Shown piece by piece: positions 24,690 through 36,900 of a DNA stretch of 64,000 bases (positions are counted from its first letter, which is position 1; each line of letters begins with the position of its first letter). The notes beneath the pieces are model-generated. The model had not been told where the DNA came from, searched no databases, and saw nothing but the letters and a program-made list of their open reading frames with translations. The DNA comes from Macrostomum lignano (Eukaryota). Made by a program: the position numbers and the translations under genes. Where the stretch lies: positions 1-64,000 of the forward strand of contig NIVC01000872.1 in assembly GCA_002269645.1 (NCBI GenBank), written 5' to 3'.

Positions 24690-25260
24690 TGTGTTGTCCA
24701 GAAATCTTACTCAAGATCACGTAGAAAATGGCTTTGCGTGCTCCGACGACGAGACGGCTTCAATGACTGTCCTGAGTACAAAGAAGCTGCTGCGGCATTC
24801 CGCTCACTGGCTGTCAACCAGTTACTTGTCTGCTCATCGTTTGCTAACAACTGCAAACCCGACAGTTCAGTTTCCATGTTAACCGATCTCATTCAGCCAA
24901 TCACCGATGAAATCAAAGCGGATGGTGAGAAATTCTCTATCGCGTTCCGTTGACGAGAATGCGTGCCTGGCATTGACACAATTGTCTATGAAGATTCAGG
25001 AATATTTGGAGAAAAGTGTGCCTATGTTGGGGTTGGATGCTTCATTGCTTGTTGCGGTTGCGCACCGCTTGCCAGGACTGCAAAATTGGTCTTCTGAGTC
25101 GCTATGGTTGCAATGAGGGCATGCGTTTCCTGGAAAAAAAGAATATGCCACACACTGAAGATGGCGGTCTGTACGTACCAAGTGAAGCAGTCTTGAAAGC
25201 AGTGCAAAAGATGGAGATGGTTTTCGACCAGATTTGCCTGTTGTTTGAGGCTTAAACTGC
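24690..25260 (+). pseudogene. P-element/THAP9-family transposase C-terminal fragment 1 (frameshifted)
   Basis: RNLTQDHVENGF, LRRRDGFNDCP...AFRSL and GGLYVPSEAVLKAVQKMEMVF. Confidence 0.7.
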
Positions 25261-25639
25261 TGCTCATACTGCTGTTTTTAAACTGTTCTAGTTTGCGTTG
25301 AATGTTCACAATTAATATCTACATTTTCATGTCGCTACAGCTGCAAATATACAATCGGGACTTTTCTGTCCATATAATTTTCCCCCTCGAATGGACGTAC
25401 AAAAAGGTGACCACTTCTCAAATTTCAGTACTACTTATCTCTTCTTCACCTCAGGAGTAGTGTCTATGGTTTTATAGCTCGTAATTCGGCTTTCGATTTG
25501 GAAGCTAATTGAGCATTCTGGTGTATTCTGTGGTAGCTCGCTTAATAAACAGCAAATAAATGAAGGTGATAATCAACATGTTTTGTACTGTTATGTGCTT
25601 AATTTTTTACTCCTGCCAAATAGTTAATTGTTTAAGTCA

Positions 25640-25790
25640 ATTCAAGAGCTGTTGTGACACTGAACCACACGAAATAATTAAGAATATACAATTTTGTAAG
25701 AACGACAACAAACTTAGCTTATTAGAGGCTATGCACATTAAGGCCCAACAACCTACTCTGAACAATCAGCTTGCCATGGGGGTGCTAGCC
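25640..25790 (+). mobile_element. Penelope-like GIY-YIG endonuclease C-terminal fragment
   Basis: KLSLLEAMHIKAQQPTLNNQ matches the LE(A/S)xxIxxxxPxLNxQ end motif of PLE endonucleases. Confidence 0.65.
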
Positions 25791-25972
25791 GTCAGCTTCA
25801 ACTTTTTTAGCTCTCTCAATAACCGGATTGGACTGTTTTTGATTTGCATCACGCCTTTCACCCAAACTTGTGTACCCTGCTATGTACCTTAATTTTTTAA
25901 TCCTGTCAAATAGTTAATTGTTCAAGTCAATATATAAGAGCAGAATTTCATTTCGTTTAATAAATTTAGTAA

Positions 25973-26009
25973 GCCCTGACGATGTCCATTGAGGACGAAA
26001 TGCAACGGC
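25973..26009 (+). ncRNA. Minimal type-I hammerhead ribozyme motif, cleavage triplet mutated (AAC), probably inactive
   Basis: GCC-CTGACGA-T-GTCC(attga)GGAC-GAAA-TGCAAC-GGC. Confidence 0.6.
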
Positions 26010-26169
26010 TGCTCAGCTGCGATCTCAGCTTCCGGCGCATCAGCTTGCGCATCAGTAGGACGAGACGACAGCAATACTGCAACCAGTGACTGGACACTGC
26101 CGAGTGAAGCCTATGGCAGCAATTCAAACGAAGCAGCCATCCCGCTGCTGCACGAACCGATAGAACTGG

Positions 26170-26636
26170 CTACTGTCCAAGACGATGCAGTACTGAACGA
26201 GGCCACTGAATACGTAGCTGGTTATGTGCTGAAAAAGAGTGGCGTATTGGACTGCAGCGACTGCAGGGCGGAGCTGACAGTGTCACTTCCGTCTGGCTGT
26301 CACATGCAGCACAAGCGACCGCCCCACGCAGTCATCGGCCTCACGCATCCTTCACCTGCGGCTTTGGGCGAGTTCTGCAAGATGGAGGCTGCCTTCGTTG
26401 CGCAATCGCACAGTTTTATTGTGCAGCCGCAGGTAGCTAAACGATTGGCTGCTTTGTTCACAGCTGCAGCAGTTGCACTGCCGGCGTGCAGCTCACACGC
26501 TGCACATGTGCAGCGTCAGGTATGCAGCACGTTTGCACAGCTGCGACTGCATCATTGGTGCCGCTGCGAGGTGAGAAGCCTGCGAGCAGCGACGAGCAGG
26601 AGCAGCACGCTGCGAAAGTTTCACAAACTGCGATGA
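26170..26636 (+). pseudogene. P-element/THAP9-family transposase C-terminal fragment 2 (different family from fragment 1)
   Basis: EATEYVAGYVLKK..LDCSDC...GLTHPS...KMEAAF...LRLHHWCR. Confidence 0.75.
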
Positions 26637-27197
26637 GCTGATTAATTGATGAGAAATCATTCTATTTAGATAAAAAAATATGGAGTATATAATAGCTTGT
26701 ATTTGCTAAGTAGTTAACTGCAATTATATGGCCGTCAATGCAATCTAAAGCATTCGCAGTATTGCTTTTTGTCGTAGATATTGTCACAGACGTGTTTCCT
26801 CCTTCTTCTAGATCCCACTAGATGTCACCAAGTTGTCGCAGACGTAATCGTTCCTAACTGCGATTTCACCGTAAAGCCACCGAGTCTTTACAGACTTTCT
26901 GGTTCTTATCACTAAGCTGCCTATTTCTAGTAGTATTGGCTGCCCTAAACTATGACCTTTCTCTAATTTCACACGATTTCTCGGAAACCTTGTGATAGCG
27001 TGTAGTGCCCGAGCGGTAAGACACTGTCTAATTCCCTAGTTTAGTCCGAAAGCCTAGCGTTTTCCGAGGATCAAGGGTGTCCAGCAGTAGCTAATGCCTA
27101 ATCTCCTAGCGCCTAATACCTATTATTAGCCAGTACGGCTTTCTTAGAGTCTGTACGACCTTAAATTTCTCCTTATTTTTAGACCTCTATCTTGGAT

Positions 27198-27378
27198 CTC
27201 CACGACCTCTAGTTTCTCCCTATTCAGATCCCTAGTTCTGGGTCTCCACGACCTCTGGTTTCTCCCTATTCAGATCCCTAGTTCTGGGTCTCCACGACCT
27301 CTGGTTTCTCTCTATTCTGATCCCTAGTTCTGGGTCTCCACGACCTCTGGTTTCTCCCTATTCTGATCCCTAGTTCTG
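27198..27378. repeat. 46-bp tandem repeat x4
   Basis: Unit tctccacgacctctggtttctccctattcagatccctagttctggg. Confidence 0.9.
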
Positions 27379-27933
27379 TATTCGTACAAAGAACTAAGAC
27401 TCGCAGGTTTTAACTTACGTTTTGGTTTGAATGTCAAACGCTGCTTCTCCGATTGAGAGCGAGCTCGCGAAGATTCGCGGAAGAGCAAGTTACTTTTATT
27501 TTTGGTAAATTGTTTCGTTTATATAGGGGATAAAACTCAATTTGATTGGTTGAAATTAATTATAACAAAAATAGTTTACGAAATTTTAACAAAGTATTAA
27601 ACTCCATTGGCTGAGATTATTTAAAACAAAACAATTTAGGGATTTAAACAAGGAAATTCACTGATTGGCTGAGTAAAAATAGCTCATTAAACCCGCTTAA
27701 AACTACTATTAGTAAGAATAAAAGATCGACCCTATTACAATATTATAGTTAAAAGTTTATTTTTGCTAATAATATCATAATACAATTGCTGCATTGTATT
27801 CATCTTGATTTTTAATTTTTTAAATATAAAAAACGCTAAAATGTTTTATCACTACTAAGCAGAAAGTAGAATAAACTGTCATGTTGTGAAAATTAGCCTG
27901 AGTGGCCTATCTAGTGTTTATAGTATGTGGTAA

Positions 27934-27970
27934 GCCCTGACGATGTCCATTGTGGACGAAATGCATCGGC
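27934..27970 (+). ncRNA. Minimal type-I hammerhead ribozyme (PLE type) with palindromic stem III
   Basis: GCC (stem I) - CTGACGA - extra U - GTCC/GGAC stem II - GAAA - ATGCAT palindrome - AUC cleavage triplet - GGC (stem I'). Confidence 0.75.
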
Positions 27971-28019
27971 ATTAAAACATGTTGATTATCACCTTCATTT
28001 ATCAACTGTTCTTATTCAC

Positions 28020-28410
28020 GCTCGGTTTTAATAGACGGACTTGATGATTGACCACCTGGTTGAAGACCCTGCGATATTTAACATGATTTTGGACGTCAAG
28101 CTGAATATATCGATCAAAAGCTGAGAAGATTTTCCTGTAACACGAGCGATATTCTCTCAAGCGAAGCCAGCGCGTTTTAGAGTGCTTGCGTCAGTCTTGC
28201 CTGGTCGTGAGACCGATCTGCTGCTTTGGCACGCTATACGCATTTGGGTGCACGGCCCTCACGACCTATGGTAGTCGAAAGCCTTCCAGGCTTTCCAGAG
28301 CAATCAGGCTCGACTGGCGGGTCCACACTTTCTCGATGACTCGGCGAAGAGCCTGGATCTGCGCCACTGTGCCTAGATGGGGCCGGAACCCATTCTGCTC
28401 AACAAGTAGC
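28020..28410 (-). mobile_element. RTE-type LINE reverse-transcriptase fragment, partly shared with the right arm (~41170-41420)
   Basis: EQNGFRPHLGTVAQIQALRRVIEK followed by a frameshifted KAFD. Confidence 0.75.
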
Positions 28411-30574
28411 ATACCATTGTAATTTGCCTTGTGGTCATAACAGCTTGCATTCTCGCTAATTACACGTAAGCCAACCTTGACTTGCTCCGAATTCCCCCGA
28501 CTAATAAAGTTAAATATTTTTACCTAATGTTCAAAAACCCCTTTTGTAGAGCTTGAATCACTCAAACTTTAGTTGGATAGCTCAATTAATGTTTCATGTA
28601 GGAAATTTCTTACATCCGGCCAGTCAGCTGTACGATTGCTTAATTAATTATGCATACATAGTAGAAGATATGTGAAAAACATTTTAAACTTACATGTAAG
28701 TTAAAAAGTCAAACACCCACTAAGTTTATATCTGCTGTTTTGCTAAACGCAAGCAAGCATAAAAGTCTCAATGGAGAATATATTGTGGTATAAGATAACA
28801 AAGCTATGACAAATATGATATTGAAGGATGAAGCGAGTCTTTCTTTATGTATACTTCATATTTATACTGTAGTATGTACTAGTCTTGTTTTCGGTTTTGT
28901 AGAGAGTTAAACAAGTCCGATTGAAACAAGCTTCTGCGCTATATGCCAGTATATGCTGAATGAGAATGTGAAAACTTCATTCAAAGCCTATTTGCATGCT
29001 AAATTTCTTCATAGACAGATGTGTCAATAAACGCGGGAACAAGTCTCAGAATTTTAATGCTTTCAAAGATACCGTAAAAGCCTTCTCTACCATCTAGATT
29101 CAGTACATAAGTCAACTTTGATTCAGAAAGTTTTTGCAATCAGCGAGCTTGTAGGATAATCCTGCTTTTTAGTAATAAAGGAAGAAATGGGTTTGATTTT
29201 TTACTCTATTCTTCTAACTTCATGCTTCAATTGTTTTTAGTAGCATCGCTTTAAAAAATCTAGCTGGTGTACAAGCAGGCGTCAGCTTTATGATCTCTAT
29301 CTATAGTGTAGTGAATTATTTATCTCTGTCCAATACTACTCGTACATGCATACTTTTGTCTGAACCAACAACTATTTGTGCACTTTTTACAAAATGGTTA
29401 AATTACGAGCGTATAAACATAGAATACTTCGAATTCGATAGATAATGAATTTCTTGCGTTCTCTTCCAAAAAGTTATTCGATCAAGTTAAATGATGTCGG
29501 TTGCTTCTTTAACAATCAAAAGTTTGTGTAGTTTAGAACCGAATAAAGGAATTAATTAATTTTATCCTCAATTGAAAATTACTTCTCTCATTTTTCTGTC
29601 AGCCAGAGGTAAAAAACGCTCTACTGGTACGTTAAACCTGAATGAGTACATCAATAGTAAAGCAATTGTTTATGGTCATGTATTGTAACGATGGAGCAAA
29701 ACTACGACGTATCTGTGCATAATTCGAGCTATTACTGTAGTTTTCTGTCGCTTGTCGGAAAATCTGATGACACTGATGGAACCGTTTTTAAACCTTTCAG
29801 CTCGTCACGCAGTCAGCGCATTTTTGAGATGACAGAAAGCTAGCTTTTTACCATGATTCAGTCAACAGTGTATATTACTGGCTTTTACCAAAGGAAGACA
29901 CTGAATCAAGTTTTTTTATTTTTATTGACAGGACAGAAGATGTTTCTAGCTTTTAGCTTTGCAGAATTTTGGCGTATGGATTATTATTCAAGTTTCAGTG
30001 AAGTATAGCAGAAAACACGATGCCAGATGACCCGCACACTCTATGTATTAACTTTTGGTCTTACTGTAATATTACTGCAGCAATCATGTTGGATAGTTTA
30101 GTTTTGAGAAAGCCGCACACGGATACGTACGAAGGCACACACTCAACTGGTTTTATAGCGGCCCTGCCTTTCAAATCACCAGGTATATATAAGCATACAC
30201 CTTGGGGCTCTTTACAGATACTCGTACTATGGCGCGAGAGTCTATGATACACCAGATATTGCACATTTTTTGCTCCATAAATATACTTCTATTAGTTAAA
30301 ATTTCTTTAATTCTATAGAAAAACGTGTCAAGAAAAAATTCGACCGTTTTGGGACCAAAAAAACTGCAAAATTCTGACAGCCAATCAGCGCCGCTACAGC
30401 GGGAGACGTATCTTTCGAGCTCTTAGCTGAAGCCAATAGCATCCTGGATGCAGAATGCAGTTTCTGAAATAGGTTAATGTATTCCCCTTTAATGGATTAA
30501 AATGCCACTTTCCTTACAACTCGTGTCAAGCCGTTTGTTCAAGACATAGACATTTGTTCAAGCTTCGCACAAAT

Positions 30575-33200
30575 ATGCTTTGGAAATTGATTATTATCCA
30601 TCTAGTGTGTGAATTTTTCGCTGTTCCGGTTATCGGTAAGATCTTACAATTGCCTCTTAAGTTTTTAATTTACGTGATTAGATAGTAGCTCAAATCTGAA
30701 GTTATCTAAGCGGGGGCAAACTTTTGCGCTCGTGTGTACGAACAATAGAGGTGGATTTGTGCAGTTCTCATCCGGTCCATAAGGAGCTGCCATCTTGAAG
30801 CTACACTGTCTGATTATCAGAAAAGCACTTCTTCTTTGTCAACGCGGAGTTAAAGCAACGCTTTCTGAAAATTGGAAACTGAAAATCTTTTATATATAAT
30901 ATTCTATACCGATACCGTTCAAAACGCAATTACGCTTGTAGCAATCCACTCAAACATGCACAGTAGCGCAACCAGAAATTTTTCAAGGGGGGGCGGATTC
31001 TGAGGGTAAAGTCCCGGGAGGGGGGGCGGCGGAGGGGTGGCTCTGTTTTTGGCGAAAATTCGCTTGGTCCCCCCTTTGATTTTTTTTCGGTCCCCCGCCT
31101 AAGGGGGGGGGCGACCGCCCCCCCCCCCCCCCCTGGTTGCGCCACTGAACATGCATCGAACATTTTTTCAGCCACTTGCAACAAAACTCGTTACGCAAAA
31201 CACGAAGGAGTCCTCGTCATCAACTCGTCTATCAGCAGCCAAGTGTCGAACTTCCCCGGGATGGCATCAAAGCAGGGCTGCCTGATGCTGTGCCGGGCGA
31301 AAGGCTGCGTTGCGTTGGAGTTCCAGAAGAGCAGCAAACTGTGCCGGCTGCTGCTGACGGTGCCAGAGGTGCCTGGGTCCGTCTGCAGTAACCAGACGAG
31401 ACGTTTGGGAACCGAGGCCCAATCGATAGTGCTCAAGATTGAAAACCTTGATGAATTGATGGGCCTGAACACTAAATTCCACGTGAGACGCTTCTTCACA
31501 AGTGAGACTTATTTTCAATGCTCTCTCGAGTTTCTATTGTGCGCAAATTCTGAATGAACAACAGACTTGGCATTGCAATAGTTCCGTTTCTTCAGACAAT
31601 TAAAAGAAAAGAAGTACGATTTCTGCTGTGAAGAAATTTAACAGCATACATGTAGGCTCACTAAAGTTGATAAAATTGTCAAAATTGTCAAAAACACCTC
31701 CCTGTATTGAGTACCGAGCACTCTAACCCAATTAGGGTGACCGGGTACCGAGTACCGAGTATTGAGTACCGAGTACCGAGTACCGAGTATTGAGTACCGA
31801 CTACCGAGTACCGAGTATTGAGTACCGAGTACCGAGTACCGAGTACCGAGTACCGAGTACCGATTACTTAGCTGTGGCAGCTTATTTTTTAACATTCAAC
31901 TTCACGGGAAAAATCACTTTCTGAAAGTTTATTTACTGTCTTTTCTATGAAGGAAAATCGTGAATATACTTTCAAATGTTCAATCCTGTCTAATATTTAA
32001 TAGAATTATCTACTTTATTGACTATTAATCAACTTGAATATGGTTGTGTGCGATTTAATGGCACTTGTACGAGCTATCATTATTGTTCTACTAGCGAATA
32101 TAATAACTACCCATTCAGACGCTTCAACTGGTCGACATGGCGCCATCCAGCAGATGACAATCAACGTGACTGGCTGCTATCGTGTCAAGACCGCCGGAGC
32201 CAAGGGTGGCGACAGCTTTGGTAGAGATCAGAAACACGGAGGTAGAGGAGCCCTGATCGCTGGCAATGTCATTCTGGCCGCGGGCACTCAGCTATCCATT
32301 GTTGTCGGACAGGCCGGAGGCACAGCGCATACTGACGAGTACGCTAGTGGTGGTGGCGGCGGCGGAGGCAGCTTCGTGTACCGGACATTGGACAATGGTC
32401 TGCTGATGGCTGCTGGCGGAGGCGGAGGCGCATCTTATAAGTACGATGGTGAGAGTTGTCGATCGATTTTTATATTTGACACTTTTTTTACCACCAGTCA
32501 GGTCAGTCAGTCAACAACTTGACAAACTGCATCTAACGCAGATATAGTTTATTCTGCATCATCAACTATGACTCACTTTTTAGGACAACCAGGTGAGGCG
32601 GGAAATAACGGCACGGGATCTGTCGGTACGGAAGATGTAAGTCGATGCGTTTTGGAAAGTTGTCTTTTTTGAAGCTTTTCAAGTTCAAATTGTATAGGCC
32701 ATAACTTAAAAATGAGCACTAAGCTACTACTGCAAGTAATGCTTTAATGATTTAAATGGTTGCAGCCTAATCAAATGGGCACCGGAGGCATCAATGGGAA
32801 CCCGGGCAGCAACGACCAAAGCACTGCGGCTGAAGATAGAAAACATGGTGGCTGTGGAGCCGGCTGGCTTGGCAGGCCCGCCATCGCCCGCACACGCAAA
32901 GAGTACGGAGACAGAGGCGGCAGTCGCGCCGACGGCTGGGTCGGCGGCAGCGCTGGAAAAGGCAGCCTAGCTGACGGCGGCTTCGGCGGTGGCGGAGGCG
33001 GAGGCGCGGCCGCCATAAAAGGAGCGGCAGGAGCCGGCGGAGGCTACAGCGGCGGCGGAGCCGGGAGTCGCAGCAGTTACGCCGGAGGCGGCGGCGGCTC
33101 TTTCTGCGGTGGCATCGACTGCATGGCTACCACGGGTGGCAACATAAAAAGTGAGCACGGCTTCGTGCTGCTACGACTGCTGGTCGGCGCCTGCAACTAG
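30575..33200 (+). CDS. Paralog B (intact, 402 aa): signal peptide + PAN/Apple + ALK/LTK-type glycine-rich domain; exons 30575-30635, 31172-31501, 32119-32448, 32584-32636, 32766-33200
   Basis: GT..AG introns with the same phases as paralog A (1209 nt), leader MLWKLIIIHLVCEFFAVPVIA, same PAN and Gly-rich motifs. Confidence 0.88.
30961..31147. mobile_element. hAT-type MITE (187 bp) with 8-bp TSD in intron 1 of paralog B
   Basis: TIR CAGTAGCGCAACCAG / CTGGTTGCGCCACTG, with AACATGCA on both flanks. Confidence 0.9.
31744..31863. repeat. (GAGTACC)n heptamer array, ~17 copies, intron 2 of paralog B
   Basis: Direct read. Only ~3-4 copies are present at the paralogous site in B' (~39360-39385). Confidence 0.95.
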
Positions 33201-33770
33201 CCACTCTAGCTGTAACTTTTTCGGCAATACAAGTGCCTAACTTATGCGGAAACATTCGTACTCTGGTTACAGCTTGCAATGACAACAACAGTGTCGAATA
33301 AAGATTTTTGGTTGTTGCTAGGCAAAAGATAGAAAAAAATGTCACCTAGTCAAAATACATTCAAAAGTTAATTTCACTATGGCTTCAAATGAAGCAGGAT
33401 GATGTCTAATAGCTAAACTCTGAATATCGAAGAAAAATTTATTTGGAAATGGGAATCATCTGATGAGATGGTTTAGCTGGTTCAGCAACTGCACTATGTT
33501 GAAGTCGAGCTCTCGAACAGCAGCGCACCGAGGCAAATCGGAAACTGCTCGGGTCTCGCCGCATTTGCCGCCTCCGCTTATTTTTTTAGTGACCTTCTAG
33601 TGAAAGAAGCTTAAGAATTACTAAGATTAAGATTCGTTTTTTAATTAAAACCTTCGTGACCGAGAGCCAGATTTAAGCCGCTACTTAATTTAAGACTTAC
33701 ACGTCTCTGCAATTTACTCCGTCTTTGTCCTTGATCTAATAGGGTGTGGTGAAGCGTATGATTTTTTTAT

Positions 33771-34225
33771 CAGGGGCGTCGCCATGGATTTTTTGGTGGG
33801 GGGGGGGGCAAAGCAAAGAATTTTACATGTACATGCATCTGACTAAATCCCTACATGTACACGATTTTGAGAGTCGGTGTTGTCAGCGCTCATTTTGGCG
33901 CCGCAGGCACTGATTTTGGCGTCGCAGGTACTCACTTTAGCGCCGCAGGCACTGATTTTAGCATCGCAGGTACTCATTTTAGCGCCGCAGGCACTGATTT
34001 TGGCGTCGCAGGTACTCACTTTAGCGCCGCAGGCACTGATTTTGGCATCGCAGGTACTTATTTTAGTACTGCAGGTGCTATATTTAGGCGCCCTGAAACA
34101 AAATTATTGTTTTCCACAACGTGTCACACGGTGGGGTGGGGGGGACAAACCATTGGCCTGTCCCCCCTTGGCTTTTATTTGGGGGGGACATGTCCCCTTG
34201 TCCCCCCCCCGGTGGCAACGCCCTG
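33771..34225. mobile_element. hAT-like MITE with internal 21-bp tandem array
   Basis: Ends CAGGGGCGTCGCCA / TGGCAACGCCCTG, degenerate 8-bp TSD (6/8), and ~9 copies of gcgccgcaggcactgattttg-like units. Confidence 0.7.
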
Positions 34226-34828
34226 TCTTTGATCATACATAATCCACAGGCAAGAAAATGAGGCAATACAATACGCTTGTACCAGCTTCTTACCATGCAT
34301 TCACCACGGTTTAACTCTTATCTAAATTCCTTGCTGGCAGTAACTTAAGTTAAAAATATGCATATCAAAGCATATTCCAGGGCAAAAAAAGTTATGAATA
34401 TAACTGATGTTTTGTCTATTTCAGTCGATATAAAATTTTAGGACAGCAAAAAGTTAAGCATACTGAATATACATTTAATCATCTCTTTGTCAGCGTACAT
34501 CCAGTAGATCGTATATCTGCGAATCTGATTCGACAATTACGTCCTAGTTACATTTTGAAAAAGAGTATTGTGCATAAAATTGTGATAGTTCGTTGTGCCA
34601 CGATAGTGCAATTCAATATTTTCACAAAAGTATTGTTCAAATGAACGTTTTGTAAAGCGAGCCTCGCTGTTTAAATTTTCGAAATAGGTTTTCATTTTTT
34701 GTTAAAATTCTTACAAAAACAAACGGTATTATTCAATGAAGTACTTAAAGACAACGAAAATGTGCTACAAAAGAAAATAAATTCCGGTTAGTTTCTCAAT
34801 TTAGTCAAGGTTTCCGTCCGTCTTGGAG

Positions 34829-35995
34829 TCAAGCCTGTAGGCTAGCGAAATTGTTTATCTGGTGCAAGTCTGGATCTGTAGGACCCGAGCGACCAGAGTC
34901 TTTCCTGCAATTGCTGCAACGCTGCACACGGAACAGAGTCACGAACCGCTGCCGATAATTTGGGTTCTTCCAGAGCAGAAGCAGCCAGTTGCCGCTTTGG
35001 TTGAAGATGACCAGCGCCTCGCTTACTTTCGAAATTCTCACCAGAGCGCGGAGAAGCTGAGCATCTGCCACCGTGTCATATTCTCGAATAAATTCAACTG
35101 CAAGAATGATTAGAACACTCGGTAGAGAGCACAGAGCGAGAAGGACAGACATGGCTACGCACAGAATTGTGTTAGACATCTTGTCTCTTTCCTCAGCAGC
35201 TGTTCCAAGCCAAGTCGAGAGCTGACGGTGCTGTCGCAAGATGGCGACCAGCTTGAAGACCAAGTAGCAATTCGCGAGCAGCACGCAGAGTATCGGCAGA
35301 GTCGGAGGCTGCAAGAAAAGCACCATGTATACACTCAACAGGGTTCGGAGTGCACCTTGGATACTGGAGTAAACTTTGCAGATCGTCATCATGGGTCCAG
35401 TGGGTCCGAACTGCAACTCGTCCCAGCCGTACGCAGCCAGACAGACGGAGCTCAGTGCCAATGAAGCCGCGACAGCTGCACCACAAACTCGCCAGTCCGT
35501 GCGGTACGACACAACTTGGAAGCGAAACGGCATGGCCAGGCACAGAGCTCGGTCCAGCACCATCGCCAGAAAGATGCACATCGACTGCAGGCTGAGCCAC
35601 TTCTGAACGAAACGATGCGCAGTGCAAACTGTAGAAGATTAGTTTGACACGATGAAGCCCAGTCGACCGCCGCTCACCCACGGCAGCCCTCGAGTGAGAA
35701 GCAGGTCAAGGCAGCCAGATACCAGCAGGGAGGCGTTGTCAGCAATCGCCATGGCGCCCCGGTAAACGTTTAGCCGGGAGCGCTCTGCACCGCGACCCAG
35801 CGTGATCCAGGCCGTGGTGCAGTTGCCAAAGAGTCCGGACACGATCACCAGAGGCAGCAGCAGGCCGGTCACAATGCCGTAGGCTGTGCTGATGGGGCAG
35901 AATATGCGTCGATTTGGCGCATTCGGCAGGCAGTCGACAAAGACGCCCTTGAGAGTGGCGTAGAATTGTATCCTTACGACGGACGAGTTCGCCAT
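34829..35995 (-). pseudogene. Single-exon class A (rhodopsin-like, peptide-receptor-like) GPCR interrupted by one in-frame TAA at 35639-35641
   Basis: The two ORFs are in the same frame, linked by SSTVCTAHRFVQKWLSLQS. TM1 GLFGN, TM2 MAIAD, TM3 C..LDRALC..PF, TM6 CSLPS and TM7 NQSGNW motifs. Confidence 0.85.
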
Positions 35996-36391
35996 GGTTT
36001 GTCAGGGGAAGTTGAGGTTGCCTTCGATCTTGGTTTAGCGATGCAGTCTTTATATACGCAGGCGGGTCAGGAACGCCTCTAGCTGTAGATAACTGCTTTC
36101 TTACTGTCGTTTGATGGGATTATCCTTTTCATTTTTACCTATCCCAGGATCAATTTAAACTGAAGAAGCAATATTTCTTAAAAAGTAATCGAAAGTTGAA
36201 AGGGGTATTAATCTGTGTTTTTTATATTGTCCAGAAGTCTTTGACGTCGAGAATAACCAATTCTGACTGTTATTTGCTGGCATACGCATCGTTTCTTATT
36301 AAAAAGCAAAGAACCGAGATTACTGGAGGCAGTTTGTCTGATCTAAGCAGACAAGGCTGCAGGAATGTTTCTCCTACATTGTTCGGGGGTG

Positions 36392-36622
36392 TCCCTGTCT
36401 CTTGCTTGGCGTCCCTGTCTCTTGCTTGGCGTCCCTGTCTCTTGCTTGGCGTCTCTGTCTCTTGCTTGGCGTCCCTGTCTCTTGCTTGGCGTCCCTGTCT
36501 CTTGCTTGGCGTCCCTGTCTCTTGCTTGGCGTCCCTGTCTCTTGCTTGGCGTCCCTGTCTCTTGCTTGGCGTCCCTGTCTCTTGCTTGGCGTCCCTGTCT
36601 CTTGCTTGGCGTCCCTGTCTCT
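36392..36622. repeat. 20-bp minisatellite (cttgcttggcgtccctgtct), ~11 copies
   Basis: Direct read. Confidence 0.95.
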
Positions 36623-36729
36623 TTATTGCCATTCCTATGTCTTCGTGGGCCCCTGTCTCTTAGTGGGCGTCCCTGTCTCTTGATAGGCATCCTTGTCTCT
36701 TGGTGGACGCCCCTGTCTCTTGGTGCCCT

Positions 36730-36900
36730 ACAGCCTCTCTCCTTCTCTCTCCTTCTCCCTGCCGCCTCTCCTTCTCTCTCCTTCTCTCTGCCGCCTCTCC
36801 TTCTCTCTCCTTCTCCCTGCAGCCTCTCTCCTTCTCTTTCCTTCTCCCTGCAGCCTCTCTCCTTCTCTCTCCTTTTCCCTGCAGCCTCTCTCCTTCTATT
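36730..36900. repeat. Pyrimidine-rich minisatellite (ctctctccttctccctgcagc-like), related copy at 54400-54610
   Basis: Direct read. Confidence 0.85.

Larger units (their letters stand above)
24380..28001 (+). mobile_element. 3.6-kb composite insertion with 13-bp TSD, Penelope-like (PLE) remnant carrying P-element fragments, left arm only
   Basis: TCAACTGTTCTTA at 24367-24379 and 28002-28014. The right arm is uninterrupted at ~41420. Contains a GIY-YIG C-terminus and two hammerhead motifs. Confidence 0.7.

Noticed and set aside
26995-27060. tRNA-Leu/Ser-like 5' motif (GTGCCCGAGCGGTAAG)
   Set aside because: No B box or acceptor-stem partner.
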